A stretch of DNA of 31,968 bases from Clostridiales bacterium. Its GTDB lineage: Bacteria > Bacillota > Clostridia > Christensenellales > JAISNN01. This document shows positions 1-7,302 of this stretch, piece by piece. The notes beneath the pieces are model-generated. The model worked only from the letters and a program-made list of their open reading frames with translations, ran no database searches and was not told where the DNA came from. The position numbers were made by a program, and so were the translations under genes. The stretch lies in the NCBI GenBank assembly GCA_031289865.1, contig JAITOQ010000008.1:1-31968 (forward strand). The letters are read 5' to 3'. The stretch's first letter is position 1; each line of letters begins with the position of its first letter.

Positions 1-3
1 GGT

Positions 4-423
4 ATGATCGAGCGGGCTTATTCAAAAATTGAACCTCACCTCAACGATTTTATGGGCGGGGTTTTTGAAGAAATCTGTAAGCAATGGCTATGGCGCAAAA
101 ATCGAAAGGGCGCGTTGCCGATAGAATTCACAGACCTCGGTAGGTGGTGGGGCAACAATCCGCACAAACGTGAGGAAGCCGAGCTTGACATACTCGCCGC
201 CGACGGAAAGACCGCTGCGCTTTTTGCGGAATGCAAGTGGAAAAACGAAAATATAGACGTCACGGTTTTGGACACCCTTATCGAACGCTCGAAGCTCTTT
301 TCCTACCCAAAAATCTGTTTCTATATCTTCGCCAAAAACGGATTCACCAAAAGCTGTATTGAAAAAGCAAAAGATATGGGCAACGTGACTCTTGTGTGTT
401 TTGAGGACATGATAAATATATAA
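4..423 (+). CDS. C-terminal part of an archaeal-type AAA ATPase with DUF234 (nuclease-like) domain; 5'-truncated by the window edge
   Basis: Motifs FEEICKQWL, GRWWG, ELDILA, FAECKW typical of the DUF234 C-terminus; ORF runs from the window start. Confidence 0.75.
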   Translation: MIERAYSKIEPHLNDFMGGVFEEICKQWLWRKNRKGALPIEFTDLGRWWGNNPHKREEAELDILAADGKTAALFAECKWKNENIDVTVLDTLIERSKLFSYPKICFYIFAKNGFTKSCIEKAKDMGNVTLVCFEDMINI

Positions 424-466
424 ACGGCTACCGTTTTAGATTCTTTGCTACGCTCGGAATGACACC
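424..466 (-). repeat. TGTC-type REP-like palindromic repeat, copy 1
   Basis: acggctaccgttttagattctttgctacgctcggaatgacacc matches copies at 4114, 4265, 5057, 5152, 16432, 17541, 20119 and 20888. Confidence 0.85.
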
Positions 467-488
467 GGCTTCTGCATATCACCTCACC

Positions 489-527
489 AAAATCGCAATC
501 GATATTTTCTCGATTGCGATTTTTTTT
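489..527 (+). terminator. Intrinsic terminator-like hairpin
   Basis: aaaatcgcaatcga-tattttc-tcgattgcgatttttttt; related hairpin at 2293-2328. Confidence 0.7.
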
Positions 528-586
528 GCACTATTACTTCTAATCGGCAAAATTTATTCCCGTTTTAACGACAAAAAAACTCCTTA

Positions 587-629
587 CAACGTATAAGTTT
601 CAAGAGATTGTGCCACAACTTATACGTTG
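587..629. promoter_or_regulatory. Pair of near-palindromic operator-like sites overlapping a divergent sigmaA promoter
   Basis: caacgtataagtt (587-599) is the exact reverse complement of aacttatacgttg (617-629); minus-strand TTGACG(635-630)-17-CACAAT(612-607). Confidence 0.55.
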
Positions 630-669
630 CGTCAATGATGCCGCAATTTTTATGTTATACAATATCACC

Positions 670-873
670 ATGAAAATTTTCGGGCAGCGTTTAAGAGAAT
701 TAAGAACAGAAAAGGGTCTGTCGACTATGGCTCTCGGTAAAATTATCGGGGTAAGCGACATGGCAATCAGTCGGTGGGAAAACAGTAAAACGGATATAAT
801 AAGCGAAAATCTAATTAAACTTGCCAAATATTTCGGGGTGTCAACCGATTATTTATTGGGAATTGAAGATTGA
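670..873 (+). CDS. XRE-family helix-turn-helix transcriptional regulator (67 aa)
   Basis: MKIFGQRLRELRTEKGLS...AISRWEN...LAKYFGVSTDYLLG is a classic HTH_3 pattern; start moved to ATG 670. Confidence 0.9.
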   Translation: MKIFGQRLRELRTEKGLSTMALGKIIGVSDMAISRWENSKTDIISENLIKLAKYFGVSTDYLLGIED

Positions 874-983
874 TTCGTAACACCCCGCAAAAAAAGCCGC
901 TTAACGCTACCCCAAAAATCACAACCGATATTTCAGCGGTTTCAAAAAATGCAAAAAAAATACTATGGAGGTCTTTTTTATCT

Positions 984-2267
984 ATGAAAAAAACTTTTAC
1001 TACCGACGGTTCAGCCGCTCTTGCACTACCCGACAGAATGAGGTCTATCGACCAATTTCGCGGACTGCTTTTGTTTTTAAACGCATTAGCATACATGATC
1101 GGAGGGTTTAATGCTATTCTCGCTTCTATACCCTCCGTTGTAAACGGTAAGGGTGAATTTTTGCTCATACTTTTAAAAGGAATTCCGATTGACGATATTT
1201 TCTTACCTATGTTCGTATTTATCATGGGTCTGACCGCTTGCGGTAGCTTCAAAAAGCTGCAAGAGACAAGGGGACAGACCTATGCGACGAGAAAATTCGC
1301 CTTAAAGTATCTCACCTTAATCGGCTTCGGTTCGGTCATAATGAACGGCTTAGCAGAGTTTTGCAAGTCGCTTCTCATCGATAAAAAAGCCTTTGACACG
1401 ATTAAGATCGGTGATCAATTAGGTATTATACTCTTTTTGATCACTATCCCGCTCTTTATCTTTTGGCTCGTTACAAAGATTATCAAGAATAAAAAGCTAA
1501 AGAAAATCGCCGGTTGGGCAATCAAAATCGTTTGGATTTTAGGCGGTATAGAGACGGTGGTTTTAATCGCGGCGGACGCGGGCGCAAAAATTGTGGGAGG
1601 CTCCGGGCTCGGTGTTTGGGACGTATTCCAAACCATAGGTTTCGGGGGGCTGCTCGCCGTTCCGTTTATGGGCATGAACAAATGGGGCAAGCTTACGGCG
1701 GCTTTTGCTTTAGGGATACTTTTGACGGCGTTTTATCATTACGGCGGCTTCGGCGACTTTGTCACCCCTTACAAATACATCTTTAACGGCGGCTTATTCG
1801 GCGGCTTCGGCTTTGCTATCGCGGTCTTGCTGGGCGGTTATTTCAGAGACGTAAAGGACGACAACAGACACCTTTTGTACTGGATTTCTACGGCGGTCGT
1901 CTTGGCTATCCCTATCGTACTCGTCTTGGGTTTCAACTTTGTCGCGGCACGGCGCGGCGCTACTCCCGTTTACGCATTCTTTGCCGCCGGACTCGGCGCG
2001 GCTATCTGGGGAGTCTTTAACATTATAGAAAAATTCTTCGTCCCTAAATACGGCTTCCTCGGCATTCCTAACTACAGCTTTCTCCGCGTTTGGGGCGGCT
2101 CGTCTCTCCTCACCTACGCCCTGTCTATGATAATCGCAACCCTACTCGGAGAATTTGCGAAAGACGCTTCGCTTCCGGTCGCAATCATCGCCGTCATCGT
2201 AATCATGATAGCCATATACAGCTTAAATCACTACTTGTCGGCAAAAGGAAAACACATAAAAATATAA
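984..2267 (+). CDS. Multi-pass membrane protein, HGSNAT/DUF5009/DUF1624-like acyltransferase
   Basis: RMRSIDQFRG resembles the RLxSLDxFRG motif of HGSNAT-like proteins; many hydrophobic segments; GGAGG at 967-971 supports ATG 984. Confidence 0.6.
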   Translation: MKKTFTTDGSAALALPDRMRSIDQFRGLLLFLNALAYMIGGFNAILASIPSVVNGKGEFLLILLKGIPIDDIFLPMFVFIMGLTACGSFKKLQETRGQTYATRKFALKYLTLIGFGSVIMNGLAEFCKSLLIDKKAFDTIKIGDQLGIILFLITIPLFIFWLVTKIIKNKKLKKIAGWAIKIVWILGGIETVVLIAADAGAKIVGGSGLGVWDVFQTIGFGGLLAVPFMGMNKWGKLTAAFALGILLTAFYHYGGFGDFVTPYKYIFNGGLFGGFGFAIAVLLGGYFRDVKDDNRHLLYWISTAVVLAIPIVLVLGFNFVAARRGATPVYAFFAAGLGAAIWGVFNIIEKFFVPKYGFLGIPNYSFLRVWGGSSLLTYALSMIIATLLGEFAKDASLPVAIIAVIVIMIAIYSLNHYLSAKGKHIKI

Positions 2268-2292
2268 CCGTTATTCAACACAAAATTCTCCT

Positions 2293-2328
2293 AAAATCGT
2301 AATCGCTATTCCGCGGTTGCGATTTTTT
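2293..2328 (+). terminator. Intrinsic terminator-like hairpin
   Basis: aaaatcgtaatcgc-tattcc-gcggttgcgatttttt downstream of stop 2267. Confidence 0.65.
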
Positions 2329-2347
2329 CAGTCAATCGCTAAATTGC

Positions 2348-2376
2348 TTGCTAAAATATGCCGATTATTATATAAT
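2348..2376 (+). promoter_or_regulatory. sigmaA promoter of the DIP1984-family gene
   Basis: TTGCTA(2348-2353)-17 bp-TATAAT(2371-2376), followed by AAAGGAG before ATG 2410. Confidence 0.7.
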
Positions 2377-2409
2377 AAAGAAAATAAACGACAAAAAGGA
2401 GTTTTTATT

Positions 2410-2865
2410 ATGAAATTAGCCGAAGCATTGTTATTACGGTCTGAATATCAGAAAAAAATCGAGAATTTACAGATCCGAATTTTGGCGAACGTCAAGGTAC
2501 AAGACAACGACAAGCCGCTTGAAAATCCTAAGCAGCTAATCAAAGAAGTCTTTGAATTAAGCGATAGGCTTTGCGAACTCATAAAAAAAATCAATCGGAG
2601 GAATAATACCGTCGTTTTGCCAAACGGACAAACTCTGTCGGACGCGATTGTCGAACGGGCTATGCTGTTAAAAAAGCACAATATCCTCACGGCGGCGGCG
2701 GCGAAAATCATCGAAAAGGATTATCGGCTAACCCATACCGAGGTCAAAATGAATGCGGTATTATCCGCTTCTGAGCTTCAAAAAGAGATCGATGCGTTCT
2801 CTAAAGCCTTTAGAGAAACGGATACGTTAATCCAAGGAGCAAATTGGACGAGAGATTTAGAATAA
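2410..2865 (+). CDS. DIP1984-family protein (151 aa, function unknown)
   Basis: MKLAEALLLR...N-terminus, KINRRN and IQGANW C-terminal pattern characteristic of the family; SD supports ATG 2410. Confidence 0.85.
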   Translation: MKLAEALLLRSEYQKKIENLQIRILANVKVQDNDKPLENPKQLIKEVFELSDRLCELIKKINRRNNTVVLPNGQTLSDAIVERAMLLKKHNILTAAAAKIIEKDYRLTHTEVKMNAVLSASELQKEIDAFSKAFRETDTLIQGANWTRDLE

Positions 2866-3073
2866 ACTACAGTAGGTAGTCCGTCGGATAAAAGCGGGTG
2901 CAACATCTTGATTGTGGTAGGGTCGCGGGACAACTCAGGAGGTTCAAATCCTCTATTGTACAATTCTGTCCGTATATACCGATCACATCAGTACAAATCA
3001 CTTCTTACATTTCGTAACCATGCGCCGATTTACCGCAGATGAGGGAGGGTTCGGGGAAAAGCTGTTTAAAAAG
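2866..3073 (+). ncRNA. Putative structured RNA / long 3' UTR with a tRNA-like domain
   Basis: T-arm GGAGG-TTCAAAT-CCTCT (2938-2954); GTGCAA (2898-2903) pairs with TTGTAC (2956-2961); outer helix 2885-2897 with 3025-3035; closed by terminator at 3074-3102. Confidence 0.55.
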
Positions 3074-3102
3074 TCCGTCGGTAAAAACCCGACGGATTTT
3101 TT
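3074..3102 (+). terminator. Intrinsic terminator
   Basis: tccgtcgg-taaaaac-ccgacgga-tttttt. Confidence 0.85.
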
Positions 3103-3149
3103 GATGTAAAAGCGACAAGTTTTCGCGGGCTTTGTGATATAATATTCCC

Positions 3150-4043
3150 ATGAAAAAGTCCGAACGCTTGATAAATAAAAAATTACGCCTCAAAAACCGC
3201 GTATGGGAGGCGGACTTTCTGCGCGGGATTTGCTTGATTCTCATGATGCTGTATCATTTGGGAATATTGGTGTCTTTTTTCAATGAGTTTTTTTGGTTCG
3301 ATTATGTACCGGAGGGGAGCGGCTTCTCAAAATTTGTCGCCTTTGCGGAAAACTCGACCTTTTATTCCGCGTTTGTCGAGGACTATCTTCACAAAATAGT
3401 CATCTTTTTCTTCTTTTTTCTCGCGGGAATCGCCACGTTTTTTTCGCGGAATACAATCAAAAGCTTTTTTAAAACCGCGGGATTTGCGCTCGCCGTCACA
3501 GCCGCGACATACGGCTTATCTCTGCTCATTTCGGACGAATCTTTTCTTGTCACGCACGGCGTCTTTCACATTTTTGCGTTTTGCTATCTCTTTTGCACCC
3601 TTGCTTCGTTCGCGTTCAAAAACAAATACGCCCGTTCGGGATTTTTTATCTTTGCGGCGGTCTTCTTTATCGTCCTCGACATACGCGCTCAATCGGGCGC
3701 GGCAGTTTTTCCCGACTCGCTTTGGGCGGGTTTTTTCGTCGACAACGACCTTTTGCCCTCGTATTTGGATAACTTTTATATAATCCCCTATATCGGCTAT
3801 TTTTTAATCGGCGCGGGACTTGCCCCATTCCTCTATCCCGAAAAAAAATCCATCCTCCCGAAGCTCGACAAAAAATGGCATACCCCCGTCACCCTCATCG
3901 GTCGCCATCCCGTCACCGCCTACGCGCTCCATCTCGTCGTTTTTTCAATCATTCTCTTTATCATCGGTCTCATCTTTGTCCCGAATGAATGGCTCGACCC
4001 GCTTAAAAGCTTATTCGCGGAAATTTTCGGAACGGCAGCGTGA
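3150..4043 (+). CDS. DUF1624 / heparan-alpha-glucosaminide N-acetyltransferase-like membrane protein
   Basis: RVWEADFLRGICLILMMLYH N-terminal motif, FFFLAG, IGRHP; multiple TM segments. Confidence 0.8.
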   Translation: MKKSERLINKKLRLKNRVWEADFLRGICLILMMLYHLGILVSFFNEFFWFDYVPEGSGFSKFVAFAENSTFYSAFVEDYLHKIVIFFFFFLAGIATFFSRNTIKSFFKTAGFALAVTAATYGLSLLISDESFLVTHGVFHIFAFCYLFCTLASFAFKNKYARSGFFIFAAVFFIVLDIRAQSGAAVFPDSLWAGFFVDNDLLPSYLDNFYIIPYIGYFLIGAGLAPFLYPEKKSILPKLDKKWHTPVTLIGRHPVTAYALHLVVFSIILFIIGLIFVPNEWLDPLKSLFAEIFGTAA

Positions 4044-4077
4044 CGCTGCATCCATAATCGCAACAGACTGATATGAG
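4035..4077. repeat. Palindrome-plus-tail motif, copy 1 (second copy at 24649-24687)
   Basis: gcagcg-tga-cgctgc-atccataatcgcaacagactgatatgag vs gcaacg-tga-cgttgc-atccgtcatcgcaaccgatatgag. Confidence 0.7.
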
Positions 4078-4113
4078 AAGCATTTTTTTGTTTTATTATT
4101 GTATGGCTTGCCA

Positions 4114-4348
4114 TTTGAGATTCTTCGCTTCGCTCAGAATGACACCGACTTTTACTAAATACCGCACTTATTACTTGCTACCTATTACTTATTACTTAAA
4201 AAATCGGTATCCTTTTTGTAGGAAACACCGACTTTTTATTTTGCGGTCGTACAACCGCCGTTTTGGATTCTTCGCTTCGCTCAGAATAACACATACTTTA
4301 TTTACGTCCGCAATTTTCAACTTTCAACTTTCAACCTTCAACTTTCAC
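4114..4348. repeat. Intergenic repeat mosaic: two TGTC-type REPs (4114-4154, 4245-4291) and two heptamer arrays (TTATTAC-type 4168-4195, TTTCAAC 4315-4348)
   Basis: Direct sequence matches to the other copies in the window. Confidence 0.8.
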
Positions 4349-4415
4349 ACTTCTTCCTCATTCCGCATACCTTGAAACATACCGCTTAAACAGCGGATTC
4401 TATAGGGGAAAGAAA

Positions 4416-4958
4416 ATGGCGGACGGCAGCAACCCACAAGTGTTATCGCTCAACATACAGAGCGCGTACACGCAATTTGTTTTTTGGACGCGGTCTATGC
4501 TTGTATCGGTGGTTAGCGACGTCAAGGGGCGACCCGAAACCATTGAAAAGCTAAAGGATATTCCAAACGAATTGTATTCCGTTTTTTTGGATCATTACGA
4601 GACGGACGAATGCGAAACTCTCCGCTCTCTGCACCTCGACCAAGCTCTGTTATTTGTCGAAATCGCACGCGCATACGCTTATGAAAACTCCGACCTCTAC
4701 GAACTCTCTTACGAGCGTTTGGTCCAAAACACCGAAGCGATAGCCGCGGGTTTTAACCGCGCAAATCCGCTCAACGCTCTCGACCAAACCGCAAACTATT
4801 TTTTGCGCGACGTCCAAAAGACTATCGACCAAATCCGCCTCCGCTTTGACGGCGAATTTGTACAAGAAATCACCGCTTTTGACGAAGCGTATCAAAATAT
4901 CATTTCACTTGCGGAATACCTAAGCGCCAACATTGCGGCAAAGCCAAGTGATAGTTAA
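4416..4958 (+). CDS. Hypothetical all-helical protein (180 aa), resembling a Bacillota family with a WTRS motif that is often mis-annotated as acetylglutamate kinase
   Basis: FWTRSMLVS and RANP motifs, acidic helical composition; purine-rich SD region; family call from recall only. Confidence 0.5.
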   Translation: MADGSNPQVLSLNIQSAYTQFVFWTRSMLVSVVSDVKGRPETIEKLKDIPNELYSVFLDHYETDECETLRSLHLDQALLFVEIARAYAYENSDLYELSYERLVQNTEAIAAGFNRANPLNALDQTANYFLRDVQKTIDQIRLRFDGEFVQEITAFDEAYQNIISLAEYLSANIAAKPSDS

Positions 4959-4960
4959 AA

Positions 4961-4988
4961 ATTGAAAGTTGAAAGTTGAAAGTTGAAA
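4961..4988 (+). repeat. (GTTGAAA)4 heptamer array directly after the stop codon
   Basis: attgaaa gttgaaa gttgaaa gttgaaa. Confidence 0.9.
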
Positions 4989-5047
4989 ATTAAGGGGTCG
5001 CTTCGCTCCAAAAAAAGTCGGCGTTATACCGCGGAATTGTGAGCATA

Positions 5048-5195
5048 AAAAAAGTAGGTGTCATTCTGAGCAAAGCGAAGAATCTAAAACGTCGGTTGTA
5101 CAACCACTGAAACATAAATTCGGAATCCGATTAAATGTAATTCAGAGAAATCGTTTTAGATTCTTCGCTTTGCTCAGAATGACACCTACTTTTTT
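5048..5195. mobile_element. MITE/REPIN-like unit: perfect 44-bp inverted repeats around a 60-bp spacer
   Basis: aaaaaagtaggtgtcattctgagcaaagcgaagaatctaaaacg (5048-5091) and its exact reverse complement (5152-5195); mobility inferred. Confidence 0.6.
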
Positions 5196-5342
5196 ATAAG
5201 GATACGGGACGAGCGGGTCTCTGTTCCCTACAAAAATGACATCGATTTTCACCAACCGACCTATGACCCGACCCTATAAAATTACGAAAACTTTTGAAAA
5301 GAGTGCAGAGAAAAAATTTTCGTGAAAATTTTGTCTCTGCAT
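5145..5342 (+). repeat. ~200-bp composite repeat: TGTC REP + GTAG-type REP (5203-5232) + long AT-rich hairpin (5287-5342)
   Basis: Same modules in the same order at 19937-20159 (minus strand) and partially at 20888-21032. Confidence 0.8.
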
Positions 5343-5354
5343 ATTTATTGTCCA

Positions 5355-7187
5355 TTAAAATATATAATATTGCGCTTGCGCTTGCCACAGCTCGTAATAC
5401 TTACCGTTTTCATCCGCCATCAATTCGTTATGCGCGCCGTACTGGACGAGCCGCCCTTTGTCAAACACCGCTATCTTTCCGCAAAAGCGGCAAGACGATA
5501 GGCGGTGAGAGATATAGACCGCGCTTTTTTCGGCGACAAGCCCGTTAAATTTTGTATACAACTCATACTCGGCGACGGGGTCGAGGGATGCGGTCGGTTC
5601 GTCGAGTATGACAAACGGCGCATTTTTGTAAAGGGCGCGTGCAAGCGCGAGTTTTTGCGCCTCGCCGCCCGAAATTTCTACGCCGTCCTCCTCGCAATCC
5701 TTGTAGAGATATGTGTCTGTTCCTTTCGGCATACGCAATACACGCTCCTTGAGACCCGCACCGTCCAAAACCGTATCGGCACGCGCCGCGTCGCATTCGG
5801 TATCGCAAGCCAAATTGTCCGACACCCTAAAGGAAAAAATCTTAAAATCTTGAAAGACCACGGAGAAAAGCTTTCTGTATTCGTCGGTGTCAAAATCGCG
5901 TATATTTATCCCGTTCAAGAAAATTTCGCCCTCGTAGCCGTCGTACATTTTGGTCAACAGCTTGATAAAGGTCGTCTTTCCCGACCCGTTATGCCCGACG
6001 ATAGCCAGCCGCTCCCGTCCGTCGATTTTGATACTAAAATCCTTTAGCGCATAGCTCTCGCTCCCCGGATACTTAAAGCTAACGTTTTTAAACTCCGCAA
6101 CCAAATTTTTCGTGTCTATACCGCGCAAATCACGCGTACCGCACGGCTGATTTTCGGTGTCCGTGATAGCGAAATAGTAGCCGACTGTCTGCAAAATCTC
6201 GACGAAACAGCCCGCCCGCGTAAAGACCTCTATGAGCCCCGTGACGACTATCATAAAGCTCCCCGTGTACATGATGAGCGCGTCGATCTCAAACATGCCG
6301 ATCATGCCTTTTAAGCCGATAAACGCATAGACCCCAAAGCCCGCAATCGCGCCGACGACCGCAATAACTGAGGAGCTCATGCCCGTCGCCGTCGCAACCT
6401 TTTTACGAATCTTCACTCCCTTTTCTATCAAGTGATACGCCGCGTCGCGTTCTATCAAACGCTGCTCGTTAAATACGCGGATTTCCTTTCCGTTTTTGTA
6501 GTCGGACACGGTTTCCAAATAGTATTCAAAGATTTTGCTGAGATTGAGATACTGATCCTTTTGCTGAAACCAATATTTTTGCGTCTTTTTATTGACAAAA
6601 AACACAATTGCAATCAAGACCGCCATGACCCCGAACACCAGAAAGCCGAGGTACGGAGATTCGATAAAGGATGCACCCGTCTTTGAAAAATCAAACGCCC
6701 CGCGAAGAAACGGCGAAAGAACGACCACCGCCGCCACAATCGACACCAACCCGAACAAAAAGCCCCCTATCGCCCATGCAAGATAGCCGAAGTGGCTCCC
6801 TATCGCGTTTACGCTCTCCTTGTACTTCCTCGCCTTGCCGTCAAACTCCTTGTCCTCCAGCTTTTGATAGTCCACGGAGTACAGCTTCATAGCCGCTTTT
6901 TGGTACTCCCTCATATAAAGCCGCGGATAATTTGTAATCTCAGCCAAGCTCCCCAAAAAACTTTGGATCAGGTACGCTCCGAAATTCAGCCCGATCGCCA
7001 GCCCCGCAAAAAGCGTCAGCGTCCCCGCATCGCGCCCGCCCAAAAGCTCGCCCACAATCCGCGCCGTCAAGATAATGTTTATAAACGGCTTGACCGACTT
7101 GACCGCGCCGTTTAAAATCTGTAACGGCAACGCCCACGGCGATAGCTTAAACAACTCGCGTATACTGCGCATAAAAAGTTTAATCAT
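5355..7187 (-). CDS. ABC exporter, fused permease + ATP-binding subunit (610 aa)
   Basis: N-terminal TM helices; Walker A GHNGSGKTT, signature ISGGEAQK, Walker B VILDEPT, ISHRL. Confidence 0.93.
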   Translation of the reverse strand: MIKLFMRSIRELFKLSPWALPLQILNGAVKSVKPFINIILTARIVGELLGGRDAGTLTLFAGLAIGLNFGAYLIQSFLGSLAEITNYPRLYMREYQKAAMKLYSVDYQKLEDKEFDGKARKYKESVNAIGSHFGYLAWAIGGFLFGLVSIVAAVVVLSPFLRGAFDFSKTGASFIESPYLGFLVFGVMAVLIAIVFFVNKKTQKYWFQQKDQYLNLSKIFEYYLETVSDYKNGKEIRVFNEQRLIERDAAYHLIEKGVKIRKKVATATGMSSSVIAVVGAIAGFGVYAFIGLKGMIGMFEIDALIMYTGSFMIVVTGLIEVFTRAGCFVEILQTVGYYFAITDTENQPCGTRDLRGIDTKNLVAEFKNVSFKYPGSESYALKDFSIKIDGRERLAIVGHNGSGKTTFIKLLTKMYDGYEGEIFLNGINIRDFDTDEYRKLFSVVFQDFKIFSFRVSDNLACDTECDAARADTVLDGAGLKERVLRMPKGTDTYLYKDCEEDGVEISGGEAQKLALARALYKNAPFVILDEPTASLDPVAEYELYTKFNGLVAEKSAVYISHRLSSCRFCGKIAVFDKGRLVQYGAHNELMADENGKYYELWQAQAQYYIF

Positions 7188-7270
7188 ATTTTTTCCCTTT
7201 TTTTATTTTTATTGCCGTGGCTTTATGTTTTTTTCAGAATGTTTGTTTAATTTCGTTCTCTTTTTATCTG

Positions 7271-7302
7271 CAACTTTCAACTCTCAACTTTCCGCTTTCA
7301 AC
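7271..7302 (-). repeat. Heptamer array (GTTGAAA on minus strand) containing the stop codon of the upstream ABC gene
   Basis: caac tttcaac tctcaac tttccgc tttcaac; encodes the C-terminal KLKAES*. Confidence 0.85.

Noticed and set aside
610-983. Upstream in-frame starts given by the ORF track (610, 870; likewise 2317, 9122, 12908, 23802)
   Set aside because: Extensions cover promoter or intergenic DNA; SD position and family N-termini support the downstream ATGs
2410-2865. Septicolysin / cytolysin annotation
   Set aside because: DIP1984-family proteins are often mislabelled this way; the protein is 151 aa with no signal peptide or cholesterol-dependent cytolysin features
2898-2965. Canonical tRNA gene
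   Set aside because: T-arm is canonical but there is no 5-bp/7-nt anticodon arm, the span is too short and there is no CCA; reported as a tRNA-like RNA instead
4073-4375. 100-aa ORF and similar repeat-spanning ORFs (5194-5388, 20956-21234, 24647-24829, 31605-31823)
   Set aside because: They are translations of REP, heptamer or tandem repeats with no SD or protein-like composition
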